Positions 53,447 through 64,000 of a DNA stretch of 64,000 nt are shown here, in pieces; within the stretch, counting starts at the first letter, position 1, and every line of letters starts with the position of its first letter. Both the position numbers and the translations under genes were made by a program. This DNA is from Stylophora pistillata. Taxonomy: Eukaryota. Under the pieces are notes generated by a model. That model was not told where the DNA came from and made no database searches. It saw nothing but the letters and a program-made list of their open reading frames with translations. The stretch is taken from positions 54,621 through 118,620 of the forward strand of contig NW_019218305.1 in the NCBI RefSeq assembly GCF_002571385.2. Reading direction: 5' to 3'.

Positions 53447-53958
53447 TGTTATGGAGAGTGCTTTGCGTTACGGAATCACTAAAAATAGAACTGAAGAAGT
53501 TTCTAGAACGCTTAGTCATGCTGACTCATTGAGAACGTTTAATGGAACTTTCTAGAACCCTTAGTCGATATGTTTTGTTATGATGCAATAGTGATGTCAT
53601 GATATTAAAAATAGAGTTAGTGTTGTCCTGAAGAGCCCAGAGAAGCTAATGTTATTACAGAGCTGGACCACAGAGAGTTGTTGGAGTTATTTACTGTTAT
53701 TAGAATCGTCAGCCGTGTGGAAGGCTACGTTGGAGAAGGTTTAAGTGTACATCGATACGTTACGAGGATCTCTGAAGAGAACTGTGAGTTGTGCAGTAGT
53801 ATACTGAGGTTATAGTTTTTATAGAGGGATCTAAGTTAAGAAGATAGTTATCGTATTAGTTTCGGTATCGCTCCGTTGTAAGATTATTACGTCAGTTAAT
53901 AAAGTAGTTGAGTTGGTACGAGTTGTATCTTTCTGTCGGTTTAGAGGATACCGTAACA
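53447..53958 (+). mobile_element. Solo LTR
   Basis: TGTTATGG..CCGTAACA termini, AATAAA at ~53898, 4-bp TSD GGGT/GAGT. Confidence 0.75.
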
Positions 53959-54319
53959 GAGTCGACGTTGAAAACAGTACTTTTCAGTAATTTTTCAGCA
54001 ACGTGAGAAGGAAAGAGAAATTGCGATGGAAAACAGACTGAAAAAAGTTAACAACAGAGAAAAGGTGAATTACAAAAGAGCCGAGGGAAAGGACGGGTAT
54101 TAAGTGCAAAATGTAAATTCATCATCTTACCAAGTGTGAGCACAATTACAAACTTCACTCTCAAACATTTCTTATTTTTATTATTCACTTATAAATAGTT
54201 AGCAATCTTAAGTTCACACAACATAATTTCTGTCTCTCTCGCATCGACATAATTAGCCTTTCAATGAGGAGGATCAACAAACATAAAAGTAAGCAATGCA
54301 AAGAAAAAAAATTGATCAG

Positions 54320-54790
54320 TGGCGTGATGGCGGCTGGTCATAATCTTATACGCTCCGCCATAGTTTTTTATTTATTTCATTATTTACTGTTGTTTAAGTC
54401 GCTCTTCACTGTATCTACATACGTTCGTTTTCTGTTCATTTTATGGCCTTGATATTTCTGGAGTTAGTTGCCTGTCGTGGATTCATCGGACCCGCCATCT
54501 TGGATTTTCATCTTTAACTGATTTCGACACGATCGCATCGCTACTTCACTCGACGGATATCTTATACTCCGAACTCTGTTTCTACCTTTAACCTCACACG
54601 CCTTCGCTTAACAACTAGTGGCGACATCAGTCTGAACCCTGGCACACCCATCACGTCCCAACAAATCGTCGAGCCGTTCAGCATCGAAGCCATTATCATA
54701 GCAACCGTTCCAACCTTGTGCAGATCAACTGTGTATCAGATCTCCATTTGAGAACTTTACATGGATTATCTAGCTCACAATCTGCCAAAC
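54320..54790 (+). mobile_element. 5' fragment of an L2/CR1-type LINE with 2A-like peptide
   Basis: RISYTPNSVSTFNLTRLRLTTSGDISLNPG at 54554-54643. Confidence 0.55.
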
Positions 54791-54849
54791 ACTCAGTTGT
54801 ATTATACTCTTCATCTAAATGAACCAATCCATCTGCTAAGCAACCGTAC

Positions 54850-57135
54850 TGTCTTTCGTCATTCTCTGCGGAATGTCCAACTAGAAAAGTATATAGCGGG
54901 TTTGCAAGTATTGATGAAATGACTGTCGTATACCTAGATACCCAAGTTCATCGGACGAAAGAACTTCGAACTCGACATTGTACAGATGGAATACAGCCTG
55001 AAGGGTGATATGGTCATCGAACGTACCATTTTGGGACATTACAGACAGAAAGGCGGGCCCTTTTAGATCTGTTAACTTTGGTAGTGGTGTTCCATCCGCA
55101 GAAGTGGGGCTCGCGGCGATATGATTAACGATTCTTTCCGCATCGTCATGTCAGACCATTGAATTCATATGGTTGCTAAAAAATGTGGAATAGCCGAAAA
55201 CTAACAGTTTCCATCTTGAGGAGGATCAAAGGATATGATATGATTGGATGAAGCTGGGCGGTCCTCGAATAAAATGTTCTGGTTGTTAGATGAATAGAAA
55301 TATCTCCTTTGTCCTCCCTGCACCTGCCTTTTTACAGATTTTTGCCTTTGTTTTTCCCTTCTTTTTGTTAAACTAGTTATGTCACCGACAGGAATCCATT
55401 TGTGTATCAGTTTGCCTGTGGTTGGTGATATAAACGCGACCTTATGTATCATGGAGTGAGGACGTAAATTCCTGTCAATAACATCTGCTTTCAACACATG
55501 CCTTTTGGTTACAGATTTTGTCGCCAAAGGATAGCGAATTAGGACAGTCTCTCCTCCCCCGTAATTAAAAAGGGTATCGTTTCTTTCCCCACGTGCTACC
55601 ATACGGTCGGCATATCAGTTCTTGTCGTTATGATGCCAAATTTAATTTCTTACTTTATGAACATTTGCCCTATGCTCCAGATAGTCTCGGCATTGGGGTT
55701 GGATTAGGTTGCAATATTTATTAGGAGCCCTGTCCCATTTCTATACATTTGGTTTTCCTGGACCTACAATGTTGGGCCCTCGGCTATAATTAAGTCTTAA
55801 AAGGAGATTTCCAAAAGAGCTCTCCTTTTGGATCCTGGTTCAAAGAACTAGCCGTAGTCCGACCGAGGCCTAATCCAATTGACACGAGCTTTACCCATTA
55901 CTAGGAAGTCGTACAGATTCTCCTCTCAAAAGGTCGGTGTGCTCTCTCGATTTTCCCTTGGGATTGAGGATGATAGGGACGACCTTAAACCACTTTAATT
56001 TGACGTCCTTGATTGTGCTTAATCACCCGCGAGGTCCCATGCTCCACGTAAAGTCGAAGTAACGCTCGCGCCAAGTTGGAGCTCTGCTTCGTTCGCAATA
56101 GCACTTACCAGTGATACAGGCTAAATACGTCGACAATATTGAGAGAACGTAAGTAAGTAAGTAAAGGCTTTATTTTAATGAGGGTAGCAATAAAATAGTA
56201 AAGAATACTAATAAACCAGTGGCCCTCCTAGCACTGAAAATACAATAGAAATATTAGAGATATTAAAAACTATGGCTTAACTACATAAAAAATGAGCTTT
56301 GAAAATTACAGAGTAAAATGATTTAAAACCTGTTGGTCATTGAAAATGCTCTTTCAGCGTGAAGTTTTAAAAGTACTTAAAGTGGCCAGTTTTCGAGTTG
56401 ATAGTGGCAAGGTGTTCCACGTTTTACATGCTGTCGCTGTAAAAGTTCTTCCTCCTTCCTTTTGACGTTTGACAATCGGACAAGGTAAATTAAAATTTGC
56501 ATATCTGGTTTCTCGTGAGTGAGTTTCACTAGAAAGTTTCAGCAAAGTTTTTAAGTAAGCAGGTACATTTCCTTGTAACCGTTTATATACAATGGAGCAT
56601 TTTGCTATCTTGGCCTGTTCATAAAAAGGTAACCATTTAAGTTTGTTAAATGACTTTACAGAGGTGGCTCGAGAATCAGCATCTAAAATAATCCTAGCAG
56701 CCCTTTTCTGCAGCTTTAAGACACGTTTGAGGCAATGTTTGTCACAGTTGGACCAAACAACATTTACATAATCCATTACTGGTCTTATTCTAGCATTATA
56801 AAATAGAAGGCGATGTTTTAGTGGTAAGCAGTATTTGATCTTCTTCAAAATGCCTTTTCTCTGCCATAATTTCTTGCATAATTTATCAATATGAGGAATA
56901 AATGTTAATTCTTGATCTATCTCCAGTCCCAAAAGTGTACGTACCTGTATGTCTTTTCCTGGTACTTTGCTCGTAATCTTTGCATGTGCACCAAGTCAAT
57001 TTGTATGGGGGATTTGGACTGTTCGAGCACAGACTGGTCGCAGTCTTGCTTTGCTTTCAAAGCAAACGTTGAGATTTTAGGGAACGGTTGAATTGGCAAG
57101 GACGTCCTGAGAGCTTCGTTCTGCAATGCCACTAT
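54850..57135 (-). mobile_element. Ginger-like DDE integrase transposon remnant with OTU-like protease motif
   Basis: IQIDLV..YRYV/LSI..DVFS, RPYHPQSQGKIERAHR (~55935-55985), and FDPPQDGNC (~55204-55230); split by a LINE. Confidence 0.6.
56152..56938 (-). mobile_element. L2/CR1 LINE 3' fragment
   Basis: RT C-terminal ORF (GLEIDQELTF..KLQKRAARII..WNTLP), (TTAC)n tail, TSD ACGTA at 56147-51 and 56939-43. Confidence 0.88.
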
Positions 57136-57982
57136 ATATGAATTTTTTTGAGCTTGCGGTATATATTTCTGACCCTAAATACTCTAGAACGCTTGTACAT
57201 CTTTTTTAGACAAACGCTTTGCAAGGTAGATTTTGCACACGAAATTTTTCGTGCTATCGCTTTTTGAGTTTTACAACTTTCTTAAATTTCTGTTCTTACC
57301 TTTTATCATAGTTAACTACGAATAGACTTTCAAATCTGAAGGTAGTTGTTTTGCAGTAAAATGCTTGTCAGACAACCCGAATTCATGTTTAGGAAACTTA
57401 CAGCAATTTTGGAACTACCGTGAGCAAGAAACTCTTATCTAAATAACACATCCAAACATTCATGTATTTCGAGAAAATCCGTCATATTTACTTTTGGAGC
57501 GTGAACATGTCAAGTTTTTAAATTTCGCTGTGTATTTCAGCACTCCAGTGCAAAACAGATTTTTTAAAACATTGACTGCTTTTCTCCTGTCTCTTACAAA
57601 ATGTTACCCCCGGGTTCAAACCATTTACTACAATGTAAATTCTCACATCTAAACAGTAAACATATCACGAAAACGATGTGAGTAGAATGAAATTTGCATG
57701 ACATTCGAATTATCTTGAGAAAGGCAAGGTGAAATTTAATAAAAGCATTGAAAGATACTCTAGTGTAAATTCACAAGCGAGAGAACCCTGCCTTTTGAAT
57801 CCACCAGAAAACTTTAAAATTTTTTATTTGATTCACATAATCTACGATGAGTAACACACCTAATTTAAGAGGATACAAGTAATTTGAGAGCTATGAATAT
57901 TTTTGATATTAGACGATGCGTTAGAGAAGTTCTTATTACATTTGGCATGTATTAAAACCCAGACGATAGACGGTAGACAATT

Positions 57983-58365
57983 AACAAATGGTAAACACCA
58001 CAGCGTACACTATTGAGTTATGGATGCACGCGGGAGGTTGCTAAGCACGAAAGAAGCGTAAGAGTCGCTCTCGGCTATCGCCTCGAGTGACTCTAGCTTC
58101 TTGAGTGCTTAGCAAACCTCCCAAGTGCATCCATAATTCAATAGTGTAGGCTGTGGTGTTTACCATTTGTTTTATAACATAACATTGATACATTGTTGCT
58201 AACGAGTTCCCTTTTATTTAACAAATCTTACGTGACCAGAAAAAACAAGCGCGCGCGGAAAAATAGTCTTTGCATTTGCTCACGTCAGCAGCGTACACCC
58301 ATGGGCAAATGGGGGACGCTAAATTGATCAATCAGAGCGCGCGCTTTACTTTGGTTATGTTATAA
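57983..58365. repeat. Palindromic non-autonomous element
   Basis: Imperfect palindrome of about 190 bp at 57983-58171, inserted in agacgatagacggtag repeats. Confidence 0.7.
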
Positions 58366-58699
58366 TAGACGGTAGATAGCTATCATAAAGAAGATAGACG
58401 GTAGACGATAGACGATAGACAATAGACTATACATGATAAATGTCTCAACAGCAAGAGACTGAAGCTGAATGAGGTGAACTACCAGTGGATCGAAAATCGC
58501 GGACCACTTAGGTGAGAGCTAAAGGAGAGATATCAAGGACACTGGGTGAATCAGCATAATAGTATCATTGATGTGCTGGGAGGATATTCGCAAGCAGTTA
58601 GCAAGGCACGGAAGACTTCAGTAGTAAGATCTACATATTCTTAATAGTATACGTTCTAGTCATGATATATTTTTAACATGGGTTATCATGATGAGGTCA

Positions 58700-59830
58700 G
58701 GAGGAAGCCAAAGCTGAATTGCTAAGAAGCAAAATTTGCGATACCCTTTGTAGTAACAAAGCACGGATAATGAATCTCAACAAAGGTGAAAGAGAGACCT
58801 TAAATGACTTGACAAAGGACGAGAATGTGGTCATAGTTCCAGCGGACAAAGACAGGTGCCTTGTAGTGCTCAATCGTGAAGACTACGATCAAAAATGCAT
58901 ATGTCACCATCATAATAAGAAAACCTATAAACCACTTGGCTATAATCCAACCAACGGCTACAGAAGAAGGTTTGCACCTTCACCAACAAAATTTTCACCG
59001 AGTGCACTATTAAGGTCGATCTTAAAGGACGTTGAATCCTCCTTCAGAGCCATCGGTTACAGCTTTCTACGGCCTCTCTAAAATACACAAGCCAAAACCT
59101 ATCCCACTTCGGCCGATTGTAAGCAGCATTGGTTCGGTCACGTACAACTTAACGAAATATGCTGCTTACATAATGAGTTCCTCACAACGTGACCATCAAC
59201 AACAGGGAAAAGAACAGGGGACTGGTCCGTCTGGACCGAGTGGATCGCGAAACTTTCGGATAACTATCCCTTATGTGACCGGTGTTTCTGATGCTATGAA
59301 GTCAGTCTTTAGATCCTTCGGTTTCGCCACCACTTTAGAGCCATGTAACAGCTTACGTTAAGGCAGAAGTTGGTAAAGGTGATGGATAAGCCCCACAAAG
59401 ATAAGATCTAACATGTGGTTTACAGGATAAAGTGTAGTGATGAGAACTGCAGTGAAACCTATGTTGGAGAGACCAAACAGGCACTGAGCTCGAGAATGGG
59501 ACAGCACAAAAGGCCTAGTACGATTGAGGCACAGAATTCGGCTGTCTATAACCATTTACGAAGCTCGGGACATTCCTTTGGTCTAAGCGATGTTAAGATC
59601 TTGGACAAGGAAGAAGACTGGGTTAGACGTGGCATCAAAGAAGCTGTTTGGGAGAGGGTAGAGGACCCTTCTCTTAATAAGAAAGGGGGGTTGCGGTTTG
59701 TGCTATGGCACACGTAGGACCGTGCGTTACGGGACGTGCCGAGTCAGCTATCACGTGACACTTGCGTAACAAGGCTGACTTGGCAGTTTCCTGATGAAGG
59801 CCTTGTGATATGGCCGAAACGTCGATCGTT
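58700..59830 (+). mobile_element. Internally deleted Penelope-like element
   Basis: VIVPADK, FYGLSKIHK..PLRPIVSSIGS; GIY-YIG VYRIKC..YVGETKQ..RMGQH..IKEA; hammerhead CTGATGA..GAAAC at ~59791-59820. Confidence 0.88.
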
Positions 59831-60262
59831 CGTCTATAACTTTCTAATATTTGAATTATTTTTTTTTTATCATATTCTAAACTGGATGACTGATACAATT
59901 CATAGCCATATTCGCTGTTGTTACTCTTTTATTTTGGTTTTAGTGGGTCGTGCTGTGGTTTCTTACATTACAAGACTTTATCATCTTCCAAAGCACAGGT
60001 ACAGTGAATGCGAATGAAAGAACTATCTCCCGAAAAAAGTTGATGACAAGCTCGATAAAACCCTGACACAGTCTATATATGTGGTGGCGATCTAAATCAA
60101 CTCAACATAAATCGTCTTCAAGCTATGACCAGCTTGAGTGCCCTCGTAGATTTCCCTACTAGGAGTTACTCATATTTGGACAATAGTCTAACAAACCGCC
60201 TGCATCTATCTAGAAAAATCTATTCATTCAATTTGTCAGTTGAGAGCGAATGCTACCAATGG

Positions 60263-63200
60263 TCAACATTTGGTGGCAAAAGCCAAACGATCGATTTGGC
60301 TAGTATGCTCAAGTTAGATAGGCCTTATGGTGAAACAAAGCACTGTTTACTTCGTTTGGCTAAATATCAATTTATTTTCTAGAAAATCGATAATAACTGA
60401 ATTTCGCAAAAATGTCGCTTTTGAAGCTCAAAATATCAGACGAGTCTCGGAGCGTTGCGCCACGAATTGAAAACTCTTGGACAGATAAAAAGTACCAAAT
60501 CTTAATGAAAAACATCAATAAATATGTTGACAGCAATTTGAGCAATTCTTGATCATTTATTTACACAATCTAGTTGAATTTATCCGACCTTCGTCTAACA
60601 AGATCAAAAATAGGCCAAAAGTAACCAGTCAACTAACTATGTGCTAAATAAAATAATCGACTGAAAAGCTGGCTCTTGGAAGGCGAAGTGTAGTTCTTTT
60701 TGATCTTCGAAGGATTTTTTGGGGAAAGGGATTCAGTACGGTTTCATCAAATTTTAAAGTTGGATAAAATAAGCTGAGTTGATGGTGCCGTCAGTTATTC
60801 GAAAATGTACATATTCACACGGAAACTCAATTTTTTCTCAATTTACATCCAATCTACAGCTTCTTTAACATATAATATCATCTAACTGTCCATATCGTTG
60901 TATCACAAAAGGGGATTGCAGTCCTAAAATTTTTGCATTACTCCCTCAATAGCCATATAACTTGGCAGAATAGTCAACACCTCCTGGTAGTAACTGTTTA
61001 CAAAGCGTATCTCGGGGTTTCTCTTTTCTTATTTCGTTAAAATACTTCACGTAAGAGATCTTTGTTTAAATATAAGTCTACAACCGAACCGTGAAGCAAA
61101 TGCTTGAAGCGGAATGTTGCTAGTTTAGAAACATGTTTCTCGTTTGCGGAATAACGCTAATTAATTCAAAATAAGGTCTTTTGAAATAAAACACAAAAAT
61201 AAAACATTGGACTATGAAGCACGTGGCTACAGGAACTAAGGTCGGGTGTTACATATAAGAAATAGGACCAAACAAATATCTCACTACGATCATAATTAAA
61301 TGTATCAATTGAATGTTTCATGGAACTTCGATGGATAAAGCTCATTTTAGGACAAAAAAAAGAGTGAAAGATCTGCAAAGGGCTTAGTTATGCATCACTG
61401 CAGGTGTGCAACAAAGAAAAGTGCAGTGTTTGAATATTTGTTTAATTAAAAGAAGTTCTACAGGGTTCAAACCTGGAGAACCACAACTTTCGCTGAAATG
61501 TTTATACCAGCCAGCGTTCAACAGCTTCATATTTATACCACTTCTTCCCCAGAGGCTACTGTGCCCTGTTAAGTTACTCGTGCCGGTAAAAAGACTACGA
61601 CCAATGTAGCACGTTCACATTATTCGCACTCATCTTTTCCCGGCAGCGGTCCAAAAACAGCTCACGTCTCGGAAATAAAACCATTTCTGCGTATCTCGGA
61701 ACTCAAGAAACGCTTCGAGCAATCATTGCACCAGCTGATACAGCAGACTCGAGTGCGAGTCGGTGTACTTACATCAAGTACTTGCATTTTAGAAACAGCG
61801 GCTTTGGAAAATCCAATCAACTAGTTAGTTATTTAGTATTCTTGCCCAAGAAGGTAGCCAAGTGAGCAGTGATCTCAAACATTGTCGGGTCCAAAGCCAT
61901 CAATACATTATATGACGAAATATTATAGAGCGTAGCCGATGCGTAATGACAAATTTAACGAAAGCCTGATGTCTGGTCAGACCAGAATGTTCACGGCCAT
62001 TGGGAAAAGACTAACATCTGGAACCAGGAAAAAGAAAGTAAACAAACCCCGTTGTACCTATCTCTTTCATCTTTCCCTCCAAAGATGATAAATTTAAGAG
62101 GTAAATGACTACTTCTCACAGAGGTCCAAAGCCAATCAATGCATTATATATGGCGATATATTACTGAGAATGGTTTGATATATCGGAAGGAACTCTGCGC
62201 CCCGAACTAGAGCCTCTCGTCGACCCCAAACAAAGCTTTGCACTAAGCGAAGGACAAATTGTCGTGGAATGTATGTTAACAGGAGGAGAGAATTATGGCT
62301 CCTTGGTTAAGAATTAGGTCAACTTCGTCTTTTGGCCCGGAAAAACTGAGACTTTTGGAATTGCTCTGAAACCACCTTGAACAGGCAAGAAGAGGTATAA
62401 TTACTGTTTCCCATTTCTGGATCCTTTATCGAAGTCACAGTATACTCTTACTACTTGAACGAGCACCAAATATCCTTGTAATGACAACGATACGCAATGC
62501 TGTTGCAGAGTTCACATCTTTTCTCTGCAATTCGTTTTATTAGTAAACGAAAATGCCAGTTTCAAGGTAATTTCTCTAATTAATTAAACAATCAATAGAT
62601 AATAAAATAGTAAGGAAGAGAACACAATTACGATTCAATCTTTCAGCGTCTTAAAGAATACTTATAAATTCTTTAAAATGTTTAACTCTAGATCTATTCA
62701 TGGCAATTGTCATCTCGACCGGTTCCTTCTTACACAAAGTAAGCAATGTTTCTATAGATACTCAGAGTGGTTTCAGCAATTAACGATAAAACCCCTCTGA
62801 ATTTCATGTAATAGGTTTGACTGTAACTCATTTCGAAAATAACATACCTTCAAGCGAAGAAAATTAAGTAAAATTGCAGTGAAGTTGAAAACTTATCAAC
62901 AGTAAAATTGTAATAATGTAACAAGCAGTGGTTTTAATCACCGAATTAGGTCGATCTTTCGTTCTTTTTGTCCTAAAATGAGCTTTATTCAATTAAATAA
63001 TAATTTACTAAATGAAAATATAAACTGAATAAGGATCGGAGTTAAATAATTGTTTGCTTCACAGTCTAATGTCGTACTTTTGCGAAGTTGTCGATTTTCA
63101 GTGGACCTAATTTTGAATTAATTAGCGTTCTTCCGCAAACGAGAAACATGTTTCTGAACTAGCAACATTCCGCTAACTTTTGGTTCGCTATTTGGTCAAA

Positions 63201-64000
63201 GACTCATATTAAAAAAAAATATCTCTTACGTGAAGTAAATAGAGAAACCCTTGAGATACGGTTTGTAAACAATAATTATCAGGTGTTGACTATCCTGCCA
63301 AGTTTTATCGCTATTATGGGAGCGATGCAACAATTTCAGGACTGCAATCCCTCCTTGTGATACAGCAATATGGACGGTTAGATGATACTATGTTAAAGAA
63401 GCTGTAGATTGGATGTAAACTACGGAACAATTGAGTTTGTGTGTGAATGTGTACATTTTCGAATAACTGACAGCAAATCCGTCAAATCAGCTCATTTTAT
63501 CCAACTTTAAAATTTGATTAAACCGTTCTGAATAGTTTCCCCAAAAAATCCTTTGGAGATCGAAAAGAACTACACTTCGCCTTCCAAAAGCCAGCTTTTC
63601 AGTCGATTATTTTATTTACCACATAGTTAAATAATGGGTTACTTTTCGCCTATTTTTAATCGTGTTAGACGAAGGTCGGATAAATTCAACTCAATTGTGT
63701 AAATAAATGATCAAGAATTGCTCAAATTGCTTACAACATATGTATTGACATTTTTCATTAAGATTTGGTACTTTTAATGGGTCTAAGAGTTTTCAATTCG
63801 TGACGCGACGCTCCGAGATTCGTCTGAAATTCTGAGCTTTAAAAGTGGCATTTTGGCGAAATTCAGTTATCGATTCAGTTCTCAAAAATAAATCGATATT
63901 CAGCGAAACGAAGTATACCGTGCCTTGTTTCACCATAAAACCTATGTTAACTTGAGATATGAGCTGAATCGATTCTTTGGCTGTTGACACTATATCTTGA
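60263..64000. repeat. Large inverted repeat (arms ~60263-61390 and ~62940->64000)
   Basis: For example gacgagtctcggagcgttgcgccacgaattgaaaactctt versus aagagttttcaattcgtgacgcgacgctccgagattcgtc; collinear over about 1.1 kb. Confidence 0.9.

Overview
AT-rich, intron-containing animal genomic DNA with several N gaps. The repeat complement and gene families suggest a scleractinian coral or other cnidarian (inference). The window holds a guanylate-binding protein (GBP) immune cluster with three members that share stalk exons of 296/255/123/48 nt. (1) The 3' half of a + strand GBP (2571-8302) ends in a hydrophobic segment plus CaaX (CSIM). (2) A + strand GBP pseudogene (about 14634-26503) has an N-terminal ubiquitin-interacting motif and a U12-type intron, and its last exon is fused directly into a Helitron. 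(3) A - strand, apparently intact gene of about 822 aa (48574-40148) has the GBP GTPase domain replaced by a PNP_UDP_1 (MTA/SAH- or ATP-nucleosidase-like) domain, spliced through phase-1 exons onto the GBP helical stalk and a CaaX box (CVVM). This chimera is the most notable item. The rest is mostly nested transposons: an R4/Dong-like RLE LINE in (TAA)n, Penelope elements with hammerhead motifs, CR1/L2 LINEs, a Gypsy LTR element inside an endonuclease-bearing Helitron with an RPA-like cargo gene, a Ginger-like integrase-OTU element, a SINE, MITEs, a solo LTR and an inverted repeat with arms of about 1.1 kb. All gene models were built by hand from splice signals and paralog comparison, with no transcript data.
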